A stretch of 64,000 nucleotides of DNA from an uncultured delta proteobacterium (GCA_963752595.1 CAVVYZ010000030.1:32001-96000); one strand, 5' to 3'; shown: positions 1 through 10,818, counted from the stretch's first letter. Numbers and translations: made by a program. Notes: a model not told the origin generated them from the letters alone.

Positions 1-200
1 GGATTCTGGTTTTCTTATTTGTCTTTATATCAGCCATTATTATCAAGTTGCCGAACGTATTTTACCAAAGCGCCTGCTTTTTTGTGAGCAGTTCCGTATG
101 CCCTGAGCTATACTAACGGAAAATTAGAAAAAATACATAAGGGAAAAATATTTAACCGGGAAAAACACCTCAAGTTATTCGTGAAAAAGTCCGTTAAACC

Positions 201-1013
201 ATGACGATGGAAAATACGCAGGTCCATTTCTCCGTTGAAAGGCACATAGAGAGCATCCCGGCTTTGGAGGCGAGCAGGATGAGGCTCTTTCAGGTGCTCC
301 AGGATGATAACGCGGATCTTGAAAGGGTGGAAAGCGTTATATCGACCGACCCTGCCATGGCTGCCAAGGTCGTCAAACTGGCCAATTCACCATTTTACCG
401 CCACGCGAACCAGAATTTCGGGATACACCAGGCGCTTCTAACGATCGGCCTCGACATGGTGAAATGCATAACGCTGTCAATGGCGGTCATCGATACCTTG
501 AGGTGTGAATCGAGATATGCAAAAACCCTCTGGTCTCATTCATACGCAACGGCACTCATCGCGCTGTCGTTGAGCAGGGACAAGGCAGAAAAGGATTGCC
601 TGTTCACCGGTGCGCTGCTTCATGATCTCGGCAAGATGATTTTCCTTTCCAGGATGCCTGATGTCTATATTCCTCTGGTGGAATTCGAAGGGGGCTGGCC
701 CGATTCGGATCTGGAAAACGATGTGTTTTCCATCGATCATACCCTTCTTGGCGAAGCAGTGGCCAGGGCCTGGCATTTCCCCGAAGGGATCGTAAAGATC
801 ATACGGCATCATCACAGCCCCATGGACCGTAATTCTGCGATTGTGTACCTGATCAATCACGTGATCTGCCGGTACGAAAAGGGAGAGCCCGAAGCCGTGT
901 CCCCCGATTCCAGGCTCATCGGATCATATCTCAGGGATATATATAAAGATCTTGTCAATACTATTCTTCAACGGTATAAGATAAATAATGTTATTGTTGA
1001 AAATCTCTTTTGA
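201..1013 (+). CDS. HDOD domain-containing protein
   Basis: DPAMAAKVVKLANSPFY, LWSHS, GALLHDLGK, IDHTLLG and AWHFPE..I..HH motifs typical of HDOD. Confidence 0.9.
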   Translation: MTMENTQVHFSVERHIESIPALEASRMRLFQVLQDDNADLERVESVISTDPAMAAKVVKLANSPFYRHANQNFGIHQALLTIGLDMVKCITLSMAVIDTLRCESRYAKTLWSHSYATALIALSLSRDKAEKDCLFTGALLHDLGKMIFLSRMPDVYIPLVEFEGGWPDSDLENDVFSIDHTLLGEAVARAWHFPEGIVKIIRHHHSPMDRNSAIVYLINHVICRYEKGEPEAVSPDSRLIGSYLRDIYKDLVNTILQRYKINNVIVENLF

Positions 1014-3139
1014 GGGGCATTGGTGGTGCTGTGAAAAACAGTTGGTCAGAGCTCAAAGCACCCATGGATTTCTCCCATGATCGAGAGAAGCTGCTGCTCG
1101 ACCTGCTGAAAAAAGCAACCGGCTTCTACGAAGATACCATCGGCATCCTCTCGAGCATCTTCGAACTCTCGGAACATGTGCGAAAGTGTTCGCCGGAAGA
1201 TGACTTCTACTCTCTGATCGTCCAGGCCCTCATCCGGGAATCCCGATGTGAAAATGCCTCTGTCTTTATCGTCAAGGAAGGTCGGATTATTCTCAAAGCA
1301 GCGGCCGGTTCCGGCTCTCCGGATGAGGCCGTGGATGTCTTCATGGAGATGGGCGAGGGCGTGGCAGGGAAATGTGCGCTGGAGGGAAGGCCTGTCCTTG
1401 TGTCCGATGCCTCCCAGTGCTCGTATTTCAAGGAGATGCCCGGGACCAGGGTAAGGATCGGCTCCATGCTCTGTATCCCCATCAAGGAGGGGGATATCAC
1501 CTTCGGGGTATTAAATCTCTCCCATTCCCAGAACAATTTCTTCGATGTCCATTCGCTACGGGTGTTCGAGCTGCTCGGACTTCTCGTTGGGCAGATGCTC
1601 ACGCTTGTCCATATCTCCGATGTTTTCCAGAGGAACAACTCGGACCTCAAAGACCTCCTGCAGCAGAAAGACGAGAGCCTGCGGACGATCTCGGAAAGCT
1701 ATAAGGCAGTCGTGGACGCTTCCGAGGACCTGATCTTCATCCTTTCGCGGGATGATACCGTGTCTTTCTGCAATCAGAGACTCCTGAAGACGCTGGGTAA
1801 AACCCCGGGAAATATCAATGATGTCTTCGATACGGATACGGTAAATTATATCTGCACATGCCTGCAGAGGGTGAGCCTTGGACAATTCCAGGATTTCGAG
1901 ATGAACACATCGGTGGGGAGCGGTTCTGCACTGATCGGGCAATTTTTTATCAAGAAGCTGAGTTCCGAGCAGACCCTGATCGTGATGCGGGACATCACGG
2001 CAAAGCGGCGCATGGATCAGCGGGCCATGCAGACGGAAAAACTTACCTCCTTAGGGTTGCTTACCTCGGGCATTGCCCATGAATTGAATAATAAGCTCAC
2101 GCCCATTCTCGGTTTTGCCGATCTGATCAATACGAAAGATATGAGCGCCAAAGACCAGAGCCGGCTTTCCGTCATCATAAATGCTGCCAACTCGGCCAAG
2201 CATATCGTCGAATCATTGCTCAAGTTCTCCAGGAACAAGCCGCCGGAGAAGATCGCCTTTGATATGCGGGACATAATCAAGAGAACGGTGAGCCTCTATA
2301 CCCCTACGGTAAAGAAGCGCGGCATCAAGCTCCAGTGCGACGAATGCCCTGACCCCCTCTATGTCCGGGCCGACATGAACTGCATAGAGCAGGTCCTGGT
2401 CAATTTTATCAACAATGCCATAGATGCTATCGACGACAGGCCTGGCAGCATCCGGCTGAAAAGCGGCCTGATTGATGACTACGTCCATGTCTCCATCGAG
2501 GATTCGGGCCCGGGGATTCCGGAAGAGATCATGACGAAGATCTTCGACCCTTTCTTCACGACAAAAGCCAAAGACAAGGGGACCGGGCTTGGCTTGAGCA
2601 TCTGCTACGGAATCATCTCCGATCACAAGGGCGAGATATCCCTGGAAAATACCGGCCGAGGCGCCGTGGCACGTATCAAGATTCCCGCCATGGTAACCGA
2701 TAAACAGGAACAGCAGGTGGAAGTGAAGGCAGAAAAGGTTCCTTCCCGTACCAAGGCACAAGACTCGGTAAAACGCTCGTTGATCATGGTGGTGGAGGAC
2801 GAGGAAGACCTGCTGGACCTCATGGTGGATACATTGAGCCCCTACTATGAAGTAACGCCTTTCAACAACGGTCAGATAGCCTATGACCACCTCACAGAGC
2901 AACAGTGGGAGCTTATTATATCGGATTTAAGGATGCCGGTAATGGATGGAATGGAACTGTACCATACAGCGATAAAGAATCATCCGTGGCTGAAGGAGCG
3001 GTTCATGTTCATAACCGGAGATACCTATGATTATAAGATAAAGGAGTTCCTTGAGACTACCGGCGTTGCTTTCCTTCGCAAGCCTTTCAGGATCAAGGAC
3101 TTACGGGAAATAGTGAATAAGCAGCTGTATATGGAGTAG
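1010..3139 (+). CDS. Hybrid sensor histidine kinase (GAF-PAS-HisKA-HATPase-REC)
   Basis: GAF (GEGVAG..LCIPI..GVLNL), H-box [11 protein letters not shown]-box [10 protein letters not shown]-boxes DSGPGI and FFTTK..GTGLGL, C-terminal receiver VVEDE..DLRMP..KP. Confidence 0.92.
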   Translation: MRGIGGAVKNSWSELKAPMDFSHDREKLLLDLLKKATGFYEDTIGILSSIFELSEHVRKCSPEDDFYSLIVQALIRESRCENASVFIVKEGRIILKAAAGSGSPDEAVDVFMEMGEGVAGKCALEGRPVLVSDASQCSYFKEMPGTRVRIGSMLCIPIKEGDITFGVLNLSHSQNNFFDVHSLRVFELLGLLVGQMLTLVHISDVFQRNNSDLKDLLQQKDESLRTISESYKAVVDASEDLIFILSRDDTVSFCNQRLLKTLGKTPGNINDVFDTDTVNYICTCLQRVSLGQFQDFEMNTSVGSGSALIGQFFIKKLSSEQTLIVMRDITAKRRMDQRAMQTEKLTSLGLLTSGIAHELNNKLTPILGFADLINTKDMSAKDQSRLSVIINAANSAKHIVESLLKFSRNKPPEKIAFDMRDIIKRTVSLYTPTVKKRGIKLQCDECPDPLYVRADMNCIEQVLVNFINNAIDAIDDRPGSIRLKSGLIDDYVHVSIEDSGPGIPEEIMTKIFDPFFTTKAKDKGTGLGLSICYGIISDHKGEISLENTGRGAVARIKIPAMVTDKQEQQVEVKAEKVPSRTKAQDSVKRSLIMVVEDEEDLLDLMVDTLSPYYEVTPFNNGQIAYDHLTEQQWELIISDLRMPVMDGMELYHTAIKNHPWLKERFMFITGDTYDYKIKEFLETTGVAFLRKPFRIKDLREIVNKQLYME

Positions 3140-3150
3140 GGCATTCGCGT

Positions 3151-3825
3151 ATGGAAAAGAAAAAGATACTCGTTGTCGATGACGAAGAAATCGTACGGTA
3201 TTCCCTGGTAAATATTCTAAAGGAGCATGACTACGAGGTGGATGGCGTCTCTTCCGCTGAAAGCGCCCTGGAGCTCTTCAACGAAAAGAAATACCACCTG
3301 GTGCTCACCGATCTGGTCCTTGAGGGCATGGGCGGCCTCGAACTCCTGGAGAACGTGAAGGTCATATCGCCCAAGACCCTGGTAATCGTCATAACGGGAT
3401 ACGGTTCCATCAGGACCGCCGTGACGGCTCTGCGGCTCGGCGTCTACGATTATCTCCTAAAACCCTGCGACGAAGACGAACTGATCATCCGTGTACGAAG
3501 GGCACTGGAGATGCAGAACTACGGGCAGGAGCAGAAACGCATCCAGGAAGTGAGTGCTATAACCAAAACCACGGTGACGCTTTCAGACAGGATAAACACG
3601 CCGTTGAACATTATTCTGGGGAATATCGAGATGCTCCAGATATCCCCGGACCTGGAGGAGAAGACAAAAGTGCAGAAGACCTTGAAGGTCATGGAAGATC
3701 AGATCTTCAAGATCAAGGAGGTCATGGACAAGCTTGCACGGCTTACCACGGCTGAAACAAAAAAATATGCTGCATTAAGAGATTATGAAATTATCGATTT
3801 GACAGCGCATAAGTCCAATGATTAA
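3151..3825 (+). CDS. Response regulator (REC) with C-terminal HisKA-like dimerisation helices
   Basis: ILVVDDE..TDLVL..TG..KP receiver; C-terminal TLSDRINTPLNIILGNIEML resembles an H-box without His. Confidence 0.85.
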   Translation: MEKKKILVVDDEEIVRYSLVNILKEHDYEVDGVSSAESALELFNEKKYHLVLTDLVLEGMGGLELLENVKVISPKTLVIVITGYGSIRTAVTALRLGVYDYLLKPCDEDELIIRVRRALEMQNYGQEQKRIQEVSAITKTTVTLSDRINTPLNIILGNIEMLQISPDLEEKTKVQKTLKVMEDQIFKIKEVMDKLARLTTAETKKYAALRDYEIIDLTAHKSND

Positions 3826-4186
3826 CAGCAAAAATATACTTATTGTAGATGATTCCGATGACCTGGCGCACGTGATTGCCGACTTCTTGAGTATGTTCGG
3901 CTATCAGGTGCACACGGCGAAAGACGGGCTGGATGCACTCCAGTGCTTGGAAAGAAAGGCCATGGATATCGTGGTGAGCGACATCCACATGCCCAGGATG
4001 GACGGGTATACCCTGATGACGGAGATAAAGAACCGGTACCCCGAGACCCCGATCATCCTCATTACCGGATTCAGTGTGAGCGAGGCGAAGAAGATGGCCT
4101 TTGAAAAAGGCGCCAATGCCTTTGTGGCCAAGCCGTTCCATCTCAAGGATTTGAAAGGCGTGATAGACTCGGTCATCAGCCATTGA
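3818..4186 (+). CDS. Single-domain response regulator (CheY-like)
   Basis: ILIVDDS..SDIHMPRMDG..TG..KPF, 122 aa. Confidence 0.9.
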   Translation: MINSKNILIVDDSDDLAHVIADFLSMFGYQVHTAKDGLDALQCLERKAMDIVVSDIHMPRMDGYTLMTEIKNRYPETPIILITGFSVSEAKKMAFEKGANAFVAKPFHLKDLKGVIDSVISH

Positions 4187-4222
4187 AATAATACGATTGA
4201 GACACCATAGGGGGGGAAATCT

Positions 4223-4684
4223 ATGAAAAAGAACATGCTGAAGAAACCCAGGAAGATACTCTGCTACATCGATCTGAGCAAGAACAGCTCAAATCTTGTG
4301 AAGTATGCGTACGAACTCGGCAAGATCATCGATGCCGAACTCTTCGTACTTCATACCGTAACCGACATCAAAGGCGCTGCGGGATTTTATGTTCCGCATA
4401 TCAATATCGACAAGCTGGAAGATGAAGTCATCCAGGCTGCGAGGGACAAAATATACGCCATCTGCCACCAAGCCGTCGGCGATGACGTGGATTCAGCTCA
4501 CAGGATCGTCAAGAGGGGCGGCTCCATCGAGATCATCGAGGAAGTCATCAAGGACAAGGGAATCGAGCTCCTCATCCTGCCCCATGACGGTGATAAAGGG
4601 ATACTCTCCTGGTTCAGAGGCGATTACGTGGAAAGATTCATGCGGAATGCCGCGATCCCGTTCCTTGTCATGCCGATGGAATAA
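4223..4684 (+). CDS. Universal stress protein (UspA family)
   Basis: KILCYIDLS..A..L..LFVLH..G...I......LLIL..IPFLVMP pattern, 153 aa. Confidence 0.85.
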   Translation: MKKNMLKKPRKILCYIDLSKNSSNLVKYAYELGKIIDAELFVLHTVTDIKGAAGFYVPHINIDKLEDEVIQAARDKIYAICHQAVGDDVDSAHRIVKRGGSIEIIEEVIKDKGIELLILPHDGDKGILSWFRGDYVERFMRNAAIPFLVMPME

Positions 4685-5318
4685 GCCTCACGGAACGGAT
4701 CATTCCGGCTGCCTTGGCCTTGTCCATTGACCCGAGGAAAGAAAGCACGATAAAGCCCTGCTGTTGCGTCGTGATGCCCAGGAACTGGTGAGGGGTGTAG
4801 AAGAGCAGGGCCGCACTTTTTTGAGGGATGAGTATCTCGGCGCCGGGGCTTTTATTCATCCATGACGGGATGATTTTAGCCTTTATCCCCATGAGCGTGG
4901 GATTGAACCTGTGCCCGAGGATCTCCGTCATTAACTGCACTGCGCCCATAGACCGTTCATCGCCGAGCCAAGCCCTGATCATAGGATTGCGAAGCGTTTT
5001 TCTCCACCCCTCTTCCTGGGGGAGTTTCTCGAAAAATCGGATCTCACCCCGTATCTGGGAACGGGCGGAAAATGCGCTTAAGGATCCGTCGCTGTTCGGG
5101 ACGACATCCAGCTCGGAAGGAATGCACAGGGAAAATCTCCCGAATCTGACATCCCTGCAGGGATATGTCCCGGGGGAAATTGCCGCAGGTTTTAGGAAGA
5201 GCTCCGGCGAATTTCGTTTTGCCAGGCAGAGGTAGAACCCATAGATCGATACGGCAATGATGCAGAAACCGATAAAAAAACGTAGACCTTGATCCGTGGG
5301 CCTGCTCTCTAGAACCAT
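4668..5318 (-). CDS. Hypothetical protein with N-terminal membrane anchor
   Basis: 216-aa ORF with hydrophobic FFIGFCIIAVSIYGFYLCL; start overlaps the end of the upstream ORF. Confidence 0.6.
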   Translation of the reverse strand: MVLESRPTDQGLRFFIGFCIIAVSIYGFYLCLAKRNSPELFLKPAAISPGTYPCRDVRFGRFSLCIPSELDVVPNSDGSLSAFSARSQIRGEIRFFEKLPQEEGWRKTLRNPMIRAWLGDERSMGAVQLMTEILGHRFNPTLMGIKAKIIPSWMNKSPGAEILIPQKSAALLFYTPHQFLGITTQQQGFIVLSFLGSMDKAKAAGMIRSVRLIPSA

Positions 5319-5563
5319 TTCGGGTTGATGGGCTCGTTGCTGACTATGGGACGCTCTGCATCATGGGGGCCGTTTCCCGGATGAAACACTTCCGGATGTC
5401 CGGGTATGACCTCCCCGGGGGCCCGGGTCTCTCCGGTATCTTCCTCTTTTCTCTGCTCGCCTTTACTGCTCAAGGTGTACCGCCCGAGGAATTTAAGCAC
5501 CGAAGGGACAACAAAGAAGAAGACAAGGAGAAGGATCAGACTGGTTAATGATTGTTTGTCCAT
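5309..5563 (-). CDS. Small hypothetical membrane protein
   Basis: MDKQSLTSLILLLVFFFVVPSVLK single TM helix then a charged tail; start taken at the second Met. Confidence 0.55.
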   Translation of the reverse strand: MDKQSLTSLILLLVFFFVVPSVLKFLGRYTLSSKGEQRKEEDTGETRAPGEVIPGHPEVFHPGNGPHDAERPIVSNEPINPKWF

Positions 5564-5627
5564 TGTTGAATGGTAGCACAGAAACATATCCCCGGACCAG
5601 AAATTTTATTCAATGAGGCAATGCCCT

Positions 5628-6316
5628 TCAGCGCCAAGGCTCCAGCGGGCAGGAGCTGCAGCGCTGGCCGGCCGGCCTGCAGAAGTCCTTGCCGATAAAG
5701 ACGAGGTAGGCGTGCAGGTCTTTGTAGACCGTGAGGTCGTGCGGAAGATTCTGCTGGAAAAGCTGCTGGATTTCGTCATAGGTTGACGAACCTTTGATGA
5801 TCCCATGGCGCACCAGGATCCTCTTCGTGTAGGCATCGACGACAAAGATTGTTTTCCCGCCGCATAGCAGCAGATGCTGTCGGCGGTCTCCTTGCCGATG
5901 CCGTTGACCCCAAGGAGGATATCCCTGAGACTTTTCAAATCCTGACTGAAGAATGCTTCCATGCTGCCGGATGAAGAGTCGGCCACCGCATTCACCAGGT
6001 TCTTGAGCCGTTTTGCTTTAATGTTGTAATAGCCGGAGGCACGGATGAGAGACGCAAGCTCGCCGGGGTCGATGGCATGGAGTTTGCCGAGATCGAGCAT
6101 GGAATGCTTCTTTAGGGTCTGGATCGCCTTTTCCACATTGCCCCATGCGGTGTTCTGCGTGAGGACCGCCCCGACTGCCACCTCCAGAGGGCTTTCCCCG
6201 GGCCACCAGCCCGACGGTCCGAAGCGGGCCTTCAGGATCCGGTAGAGATGAAGGAAATCGGGTGAATCAGGAGCAGATGACTTTTTTCCCTGTCGGGTCT
6301 TTATACAGGATGACAT
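5628..6316 (-). CDS. Endonuclease III-related HhH-GPD DNA glycosylase (one frameshift near 5850, probably artefactual)
   Basis: WWPGESPLEVAVGAVLTQNTAW and HhH LLGVNGIGKETADSI; after the shift IFVVDAYTKRI and C-x6-C-x2-C (FCRPAGQRCSSCP). Confidence 0.85.
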
Positions 6317-7052
6317 CTTTCATTTTATCCCGGATGTCTCCTCGGATATTGAAGAGCATCGCGGTCATTTCCAGCTCATACTCGAGCGCTGCCTTCGAAT
6401 CGAGGCGGCTGACCACGTCGAAGGTCCGCTTGAGGGCTCGTACAACCTCAGGCGATCTGTTGACCAGCTGATAGGCCCATGAGTTCACCTCTTCCTTGAA
6501 TATTTCCGGCGCAACGACGCGGTTCACCAGCCCGATGGAGTATGCTTCCTGCGCACCGATGGGTTCACCGCGCAAGGTCAGCTCCTTGCTCCTGGCCATG
6601 CCGATACGGGCGACGAGGGGCGTCAGAAGAGGGTTAAACCCGTACTTGATCTCCGGATGGCCGAATATGGCGCTTTCCGATGCGATAATGATGTCTCCCA
6701 TGAGTGCGAGGTTGAAGCCTCCGCCAAAGGCGATGCCGCTCACCGCGGTAATGAGGATCTTGTCATAGTCGATGAGCATCGAGTAGATGCCGACTGCCAG
6801 ATTGAAGTATCGTGCCGCCTCTTCGGCGGTGAAATTCGGGGCTTCCTTGAGGTCAATCCCGGCAGAGAAGCACTGGTCGCCTCCGGTGAGGATGACGAGC
6901 CTGACGCTGCTTTCTTCTGTGAGAAAAGAGGAAAAGGCTTGGTTGATCTCCGAGAGCATTCCGTACGAAAGGGCGTTGAGCTCGTGCTTGCGGTCGAGCT
7001 CCACCCAGGCGATCTCTCCGGCTACCTCCACCTTGATAAACTGATAATCCAT
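6267..7052 (-). CDS. Enoyl-CoA hydratase/isomerase (crotonase) family protein
   Basis: LNAL, FSAGIDL, AFGGG, GDIIIASESAIFGHPEI, GLVNRVV. Confidence 0.92.
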   Translation of the reverse strand: MDYQFIKVEVAGEIAWVELDRKHELNALSYGMLSEINQAFSSFLTEESSVRLVILTGGDQCFSAGIDLKEAPNFTAEEAARYFNLAVGIYSMLIDYDKILITAVSGIAFGGGFNLALMGDIIIASESAIFGHPEIKYGFNPLLTPLVARIGMARSKELTLRGEPIGAQEAYSIGLVNRVVAPEIFKEEVNSWAYQLVNRSPEVVRALKRTFDVVSRLDSKAALEYELEMTAMLFNIRGDIRDKMKDVILYKDPTGKKVICS

Positions 7053-7234
7053 CGGAAGCTCCTCTTGATATAGTGGTATTTATTAGTACATGGATAGGCT
7101 CCCGCTGTCAATGTTTCCCAGCCTGTCGGGCAAAAGCTTAGTCAGGGCATGCAGCCAGAGAAAGATCTTTGCATGGCAGGCCTCCCATCCATCACTTGAT
7201 TATCTCCGGCTCTTTCTGCTATTCCTTTATGCAC

Positions 7235-8683
7235 ATGACATGCATGAGCGTAAGCCGATTAAACGAGCTGGCAAGAGAATCCCTCCAGTCGTGCTTCGAT
7301 CCTGAGATCTGGGTAAAAGGAGAGATTCACGGCCTGAAATTCCATGCTAAATCCGGCCACCTGTACTTCGACCTTGTGGAGAAGGCGAAGAGCGGCCTGG
7401 ACGGCTATATCGCGAAGATAAGCTGTGCATTCTTCCGTGGGCCCTATACAAAATGGCGCACGAGCCTGGCGTCACTTGGGATAGGGGCGTTCGAGCTCAA
7501 TTCCGGCATCGAGGTAAAGCTCAAGGCCAGGATCGATCTCTTCGTGAAGGAAGGCCGCTACCAGCTCATTGTCTCCGAGATCGACCCCTCGTACACCTTC
7601 GGCGCCATTGCAAAGAAACGGGAGCAGACGATACGGGAACTGCGCGCCTCAGGTCTTTTTGACAGAAATAAGAGCCTGCCTTTTCCTGAGCTGCCCCTGA
7701 ATATAGGGCTGATCACTTCGGAAGGATCGGCTGCATTCAGCGACTTCATGAGCATTGTCCGCGACAGCGGATACTGCTTTTCCATTACCCTCTTCGACGC
7801 GCACATGCAGGGAGAGAACACCGTACCGGAGGTCCTCAAGGGGATCAGGATCCTCCAGAATCACCCGGATGTGGATACCATCGCCATCATCAGGGGCGGC
7901 GGGGCAAAGACCGACCTCTTTTCCTTCGACGACTTCTCTCTCTGCAAGGCCATAGCGCTCTGTCCCAAGCCTGTGATCACCGGCATCGGGCATGAGATCG
8001 ACGTGAGCGTGGCAGATCTCGTGGCCCATACCTACGGCGTCACCCCGACCGACGTTGCCGGGCTTTATGTTTCAAAGACCGACGAGGTGCGGACGTTCCT
8101 GGACGAGGCGTGCCGGGAAATTTCCTTCTGCTGCAGCGAAATCTGGCAGAGAACGGGTGAGCGCCTGCGCCAGTTGTCAGCGAGCCTCGAGCACGTATCG
8201 CAGAGGTGGATGGTCTCGGCCCTCTCCGGCCTCAAGGATGCAGCTTTCCGCCTCCATACCGCGGTTGCCGGAGACCTGGCTAAGGAAGAACAGACAATCT
8301 CCCGGAGCGCTTTCAGCTTGAGAAGTTCTTCGAACGCAGCCCTTGGAGAGCAGTCCAAGACCCTTGAAGGGTTCCCGGTGAGGTTGGCCCGGGACACCCA
8401 TGCCCGCATCCGGTCATCGCAGCAGGAGATCCTTCATTTACACCACGGTGCCCGGGATCATACACAGGCCCTCTTCGAGCGAAGCCTTGAACGCCTGGCC
8501 CATCTCGACTCGTATGTATCACTTATGGACCCGGCCGAAACCCTGAAGAGGGGGTACAGCATCACCATGAACAATAGTGGCAGGGCCGTCACGGATGCGG
8601 ACTCGGTAGGGGAAGGGGACTGCATCACCACCAGGCTTTCAAAGGGCACGCTTAAGAGTATTGTCAAAGATAAGGAGTCATGA
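7235..8683 (+). CDS. xseA: Exodeoxyribonuclease VII large subunit
   Basis: WVKGEI..SGHLYFDL, IGLITS..SAAFSD, IIRGGG, ITGIGHEID..D....TPT, LKRGYSI; followed by xseB. Confidence 0.95.
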   Translation: MTCMSVSRLNELARESLQSCFDPEIWVKGEIHGLKFHAKSGHLYFDLVEKAKSGLDGYIAKISCAFFRGPYTKWRTSLASLGIGAFELNSGIEVKLKARIDLFVKEGRYQLIVSEIDPSYTFGAIAKKREQTIRELRASGLFDRNKSLPFPELPLNIGLITSEGSAAFSDFMSIVRDSGYCFSITLFDAHMQGENTVPEVLKGIRILQNHPDVDTIAIIRGGGAKTDLFSFDDFSLCKAIALCPKPVITGIGHEIDVSVADLVAHTYGVTPTDVAGLYVSKTDEVRTFLDEACREISFCCSEIWQRTGERLRQLSASLEHVSQRWMVSALSGLKDAAFRLHTAVAGDLAKEEQTISRSAFSLRSSSNAALGEQSKTLEGFPVRLARDTHARIRSSQQEILHLHHGARDHTQALFERSLERLAHLDSYVSLMDPAETLKRGYSITMNNSGRAVTDADSVGEGDCITTRLSKGTLKSIVKDKES

Positions 8684-8904
8684 TGAAAAAGACCAGCCGC
8701 TATTCCGAAGTGCTCAAAGATCTTGAGGAAACAGTGGACAGGATGAGCCGAGGGGAAGTTCCCATCGATGAACTCGAGGACACGGTCAAGGGAGCTGCAA
8801 AGAAGATTCAGTACCTGCGCCAGGTGTTGCGATCCACGCAGGCGGAAGTGACCAAGGTACTCAAAGATATCGAGGATGAAGAAGCGGACGGAGAAGATCG
8901 TTGA
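8680..8904 (+). CDS. xseB: Exodeoxyribonuclease VII small subunit
   Basis: 74 aa, YSEVLKDLEETV..M..GEVPIDEL; overlaps the xseA stop. Confidence 0.9.
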   Translation: MMKKTSRYSEVLKDLEETVDRMSRGEVPIDELEDTVKGAAKKIQYLRQVLRSTQAEVTKVLKDIEDEEADGEDR

Positions 8905-8962
8905 TTCGCTTTTTACGTTCCCATGATTGACCCTTTTGTTTCCGGTCTGTTATAGAGGCTTT

Positions 8963-10105
8963 ATGGATGCAGCCAAAGAGATCAGGTCCATTACCCCCTT
9001 CCTTGTCATGGATGTGATGGAAAGGGCGAACGCGCTTTCTGCAGCAGGAAGGCAGATCATCCACCTGGAGGTGGGCGAGCCCGATTTCGACACCCCGGAG
9101 TGCATCCGGGAGGCAGCTGCAAAGGCAATGCACAGCGGCCGGACCCATTACACGGATTCTTTAGGGATCATCGAACTGAGGGAAACGATCTGTACGCATT
9201 ACCGGAAGACCTACGGGGTGAATATCGATCCTTCGCAGGTTCTCGTGACCGCGGGTTCATCTCCTGCCCTGCTCACGGCCATCGCCTGCCTCGTGGATCA
9301 GGGCGACGAGATCATCCTGACCGATCCCTACTATGCCTGCTACCCGAATTTCATAAAAATACTGGGCGCGGTTCCACACCTGGTTCGGACGGGAAGCGAC
9401 GATGCCTTTCAGCTCAACCCGTGGAAGGTCAGGGGCGCGATTAACTCGAAGACCAGGGCGGGCATCATCAACTCACCGGCCAACCCCACAGGGGTTTGTC
9501 TCGACAGCGCCCATCTGACTGATATCAGCGCCCTGCGCATCCCCATCATATCCGATGAAATCTACCACGGACTGGTCTATGCCGCCGAGCAGCACACGAT
9601 CCTCGAATATACGGACAATGCCATCGTGATCAACGGCTTCTCGAAAGCCTATGCCATGACCGGATGGCGTCTCGGCTGGGCTGTTTTCCCGAAAAGCCTC
9701 ATCAGGACAGCCCAGAAGATCCAGCAGAACCTGATGATCTGCGCGCCTTCAGTTGCTCAGTGGGCAGGCATTGCTGCGCTTACAGAGGCTGCAAAGGATG
9801 TCGAGCACATGCACCGGGTTTTTGCTCAGCGGCGCCTGGTGATGCTCGAAGAGATGGCCGGGCACGGATTCAAAGTCGAGGTGGAGCCGACCGGTGCGTT
9901 CTATGTGCTCGTGAATATGTCCGAATTCACCAATGATTCATACCAGTTTGCACTCGATATCCTGAATAACACCGGGGTAGGGGTCACGCCCGGCATTGAT
10001 TTCGGCCCCGGGGCAGAGCGGTACATCCGGTTCTCCTATGCGAATTCCGAGGAGAATATCAGAGAGGGCATTGCAAAAGTTGCCCACTATATCAAGGGAT
10101 TATGA
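8963..10105 (+). CDS. PLP-dependent class I/II aminotransferase (AspC-like)
   Basis: GEPDFDTP, NSPANPTG, SDEIY, NGFSKAYAMTGWRLG, PTGAFY, RFSYA. Confidence 0.95.
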   Translation: MDAAKEIRSITPFLVMDVMERANALSAAGRQIIHLEVGEPDFDTPECIREAAAKAMHSGRTHYTDSLGIIELRETICTHYRKTYGVNIDPSQVLVTAGSSPALLTAIACLVDQGDEIILTDPYYACYPNFIKILGAVPHLVRTGSDDAFQLNPWKVRGAINSKTRAGIINSPANPTGVCLDSAHLTDISALRIPIISDEIYHGLVYAAEQHTILEYTDNAIVINGFSKAYAMTGWRLGWAVFPKSLIRTAQKIQQNLMICAPSVAQWAGIAALTEAAKDVEHMHRVFAQRRLVMLEEMAGHGFKVEVEPTGAFYVLVNMSEFTNDSYQFALDILNNTGVGVTPGIDFGPGAERYIRFSYANSEENIREGIAKVAHYIKGL

Positions 10106-10683
10106 TGGTTAAAATCCGCGATGCAAAGTACGCAGGCACGGTGTATAATACATTGCCAAGCCTGCCTCAGATCGCCTTTGCCGGCCGGTCGAACGTGGGC
10201 AAGTCGTCCCTGATCAATGCCCTGCTTGGCCGCAAAACCCTTGTCAAGATGAGCAAGCAGCCCGGCAAGACCAAGAACATCAATTTTTTCCAGGTGGATA
10301 TAGTGGAGTGCCCGTCCCTCTATATGGTGGATCTCCCCGGGTACGGCTATGCAAAAGTCCACCGGGATATGAAGAGCGCCTGGGATGAACTCGCCTCCCG
10401 GTATTTCCAGAATAACAGAGATTTGAAGATTCTCATGGTCCTCCTCGACATCAGGCGGGACTTGGGCCCGGAAGAACTTATCGTCCTGGATCTCGCCCGG
10501 AAGGCCTCCATCAAGCCCCTGCTCATTGCCACAAAAGCGGACAAGCTCACCTACAGCGGCCGCATTAAACGCATCAAGGAAATCAGGCAGGCAACCGGCA
10601 TAGAGCCTATCCCTGCATCAGCACACACCAAGCTCGGGATGAACGACATATGGGAACGGATTCTTCAAGAAATCAACCCTTGA
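10102..10683 (+). CDS. engB: Ribosome biogenesis GTPase YihA/YsxC
   Basis: GRSNVGKSSLIN, SKQPGKT, VDLPGYGYA, TKADK. Confidence 0.95.
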   Translation: MMVKIRDAKYAGTVYNTLPSLPQIAFAGRSNVGKSSLINALLGRKTLVKMSKQPGKTKNINFFQVDIVECPSLYMVDLPGYGYAKVHRDMKSAWDELASRYFQNNRDLKILMVLLDIRRDLGPEELIVLDLARKASIKPLLIATKADKLTYSGRIKRIKEIRQATGIEPIPASAHTKLGMNDIWERILQEINP

Positions 10684-10818
10684 GCCAAAACAGTCGGAGC
10701 GTCTTTCCTTAAGCGGCCAAGCCCCATAGCTGGGTTGAGAAGGCAAGGCAGGACGGCATGACAATGCCGATGATCAACCTGTTCTTGGAATACGGCAGAA
10801 ACGCTGTCGGTACAAATG

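Noticed and set aside
170-197. Sigma28-like promoter TCAAG-N15-TCCGTTAA before the HDOD gene
   Set aside because: Only a partial match to GCCGATAA, and it abuts the start codon; cannot be supported without a PWM or TSS data
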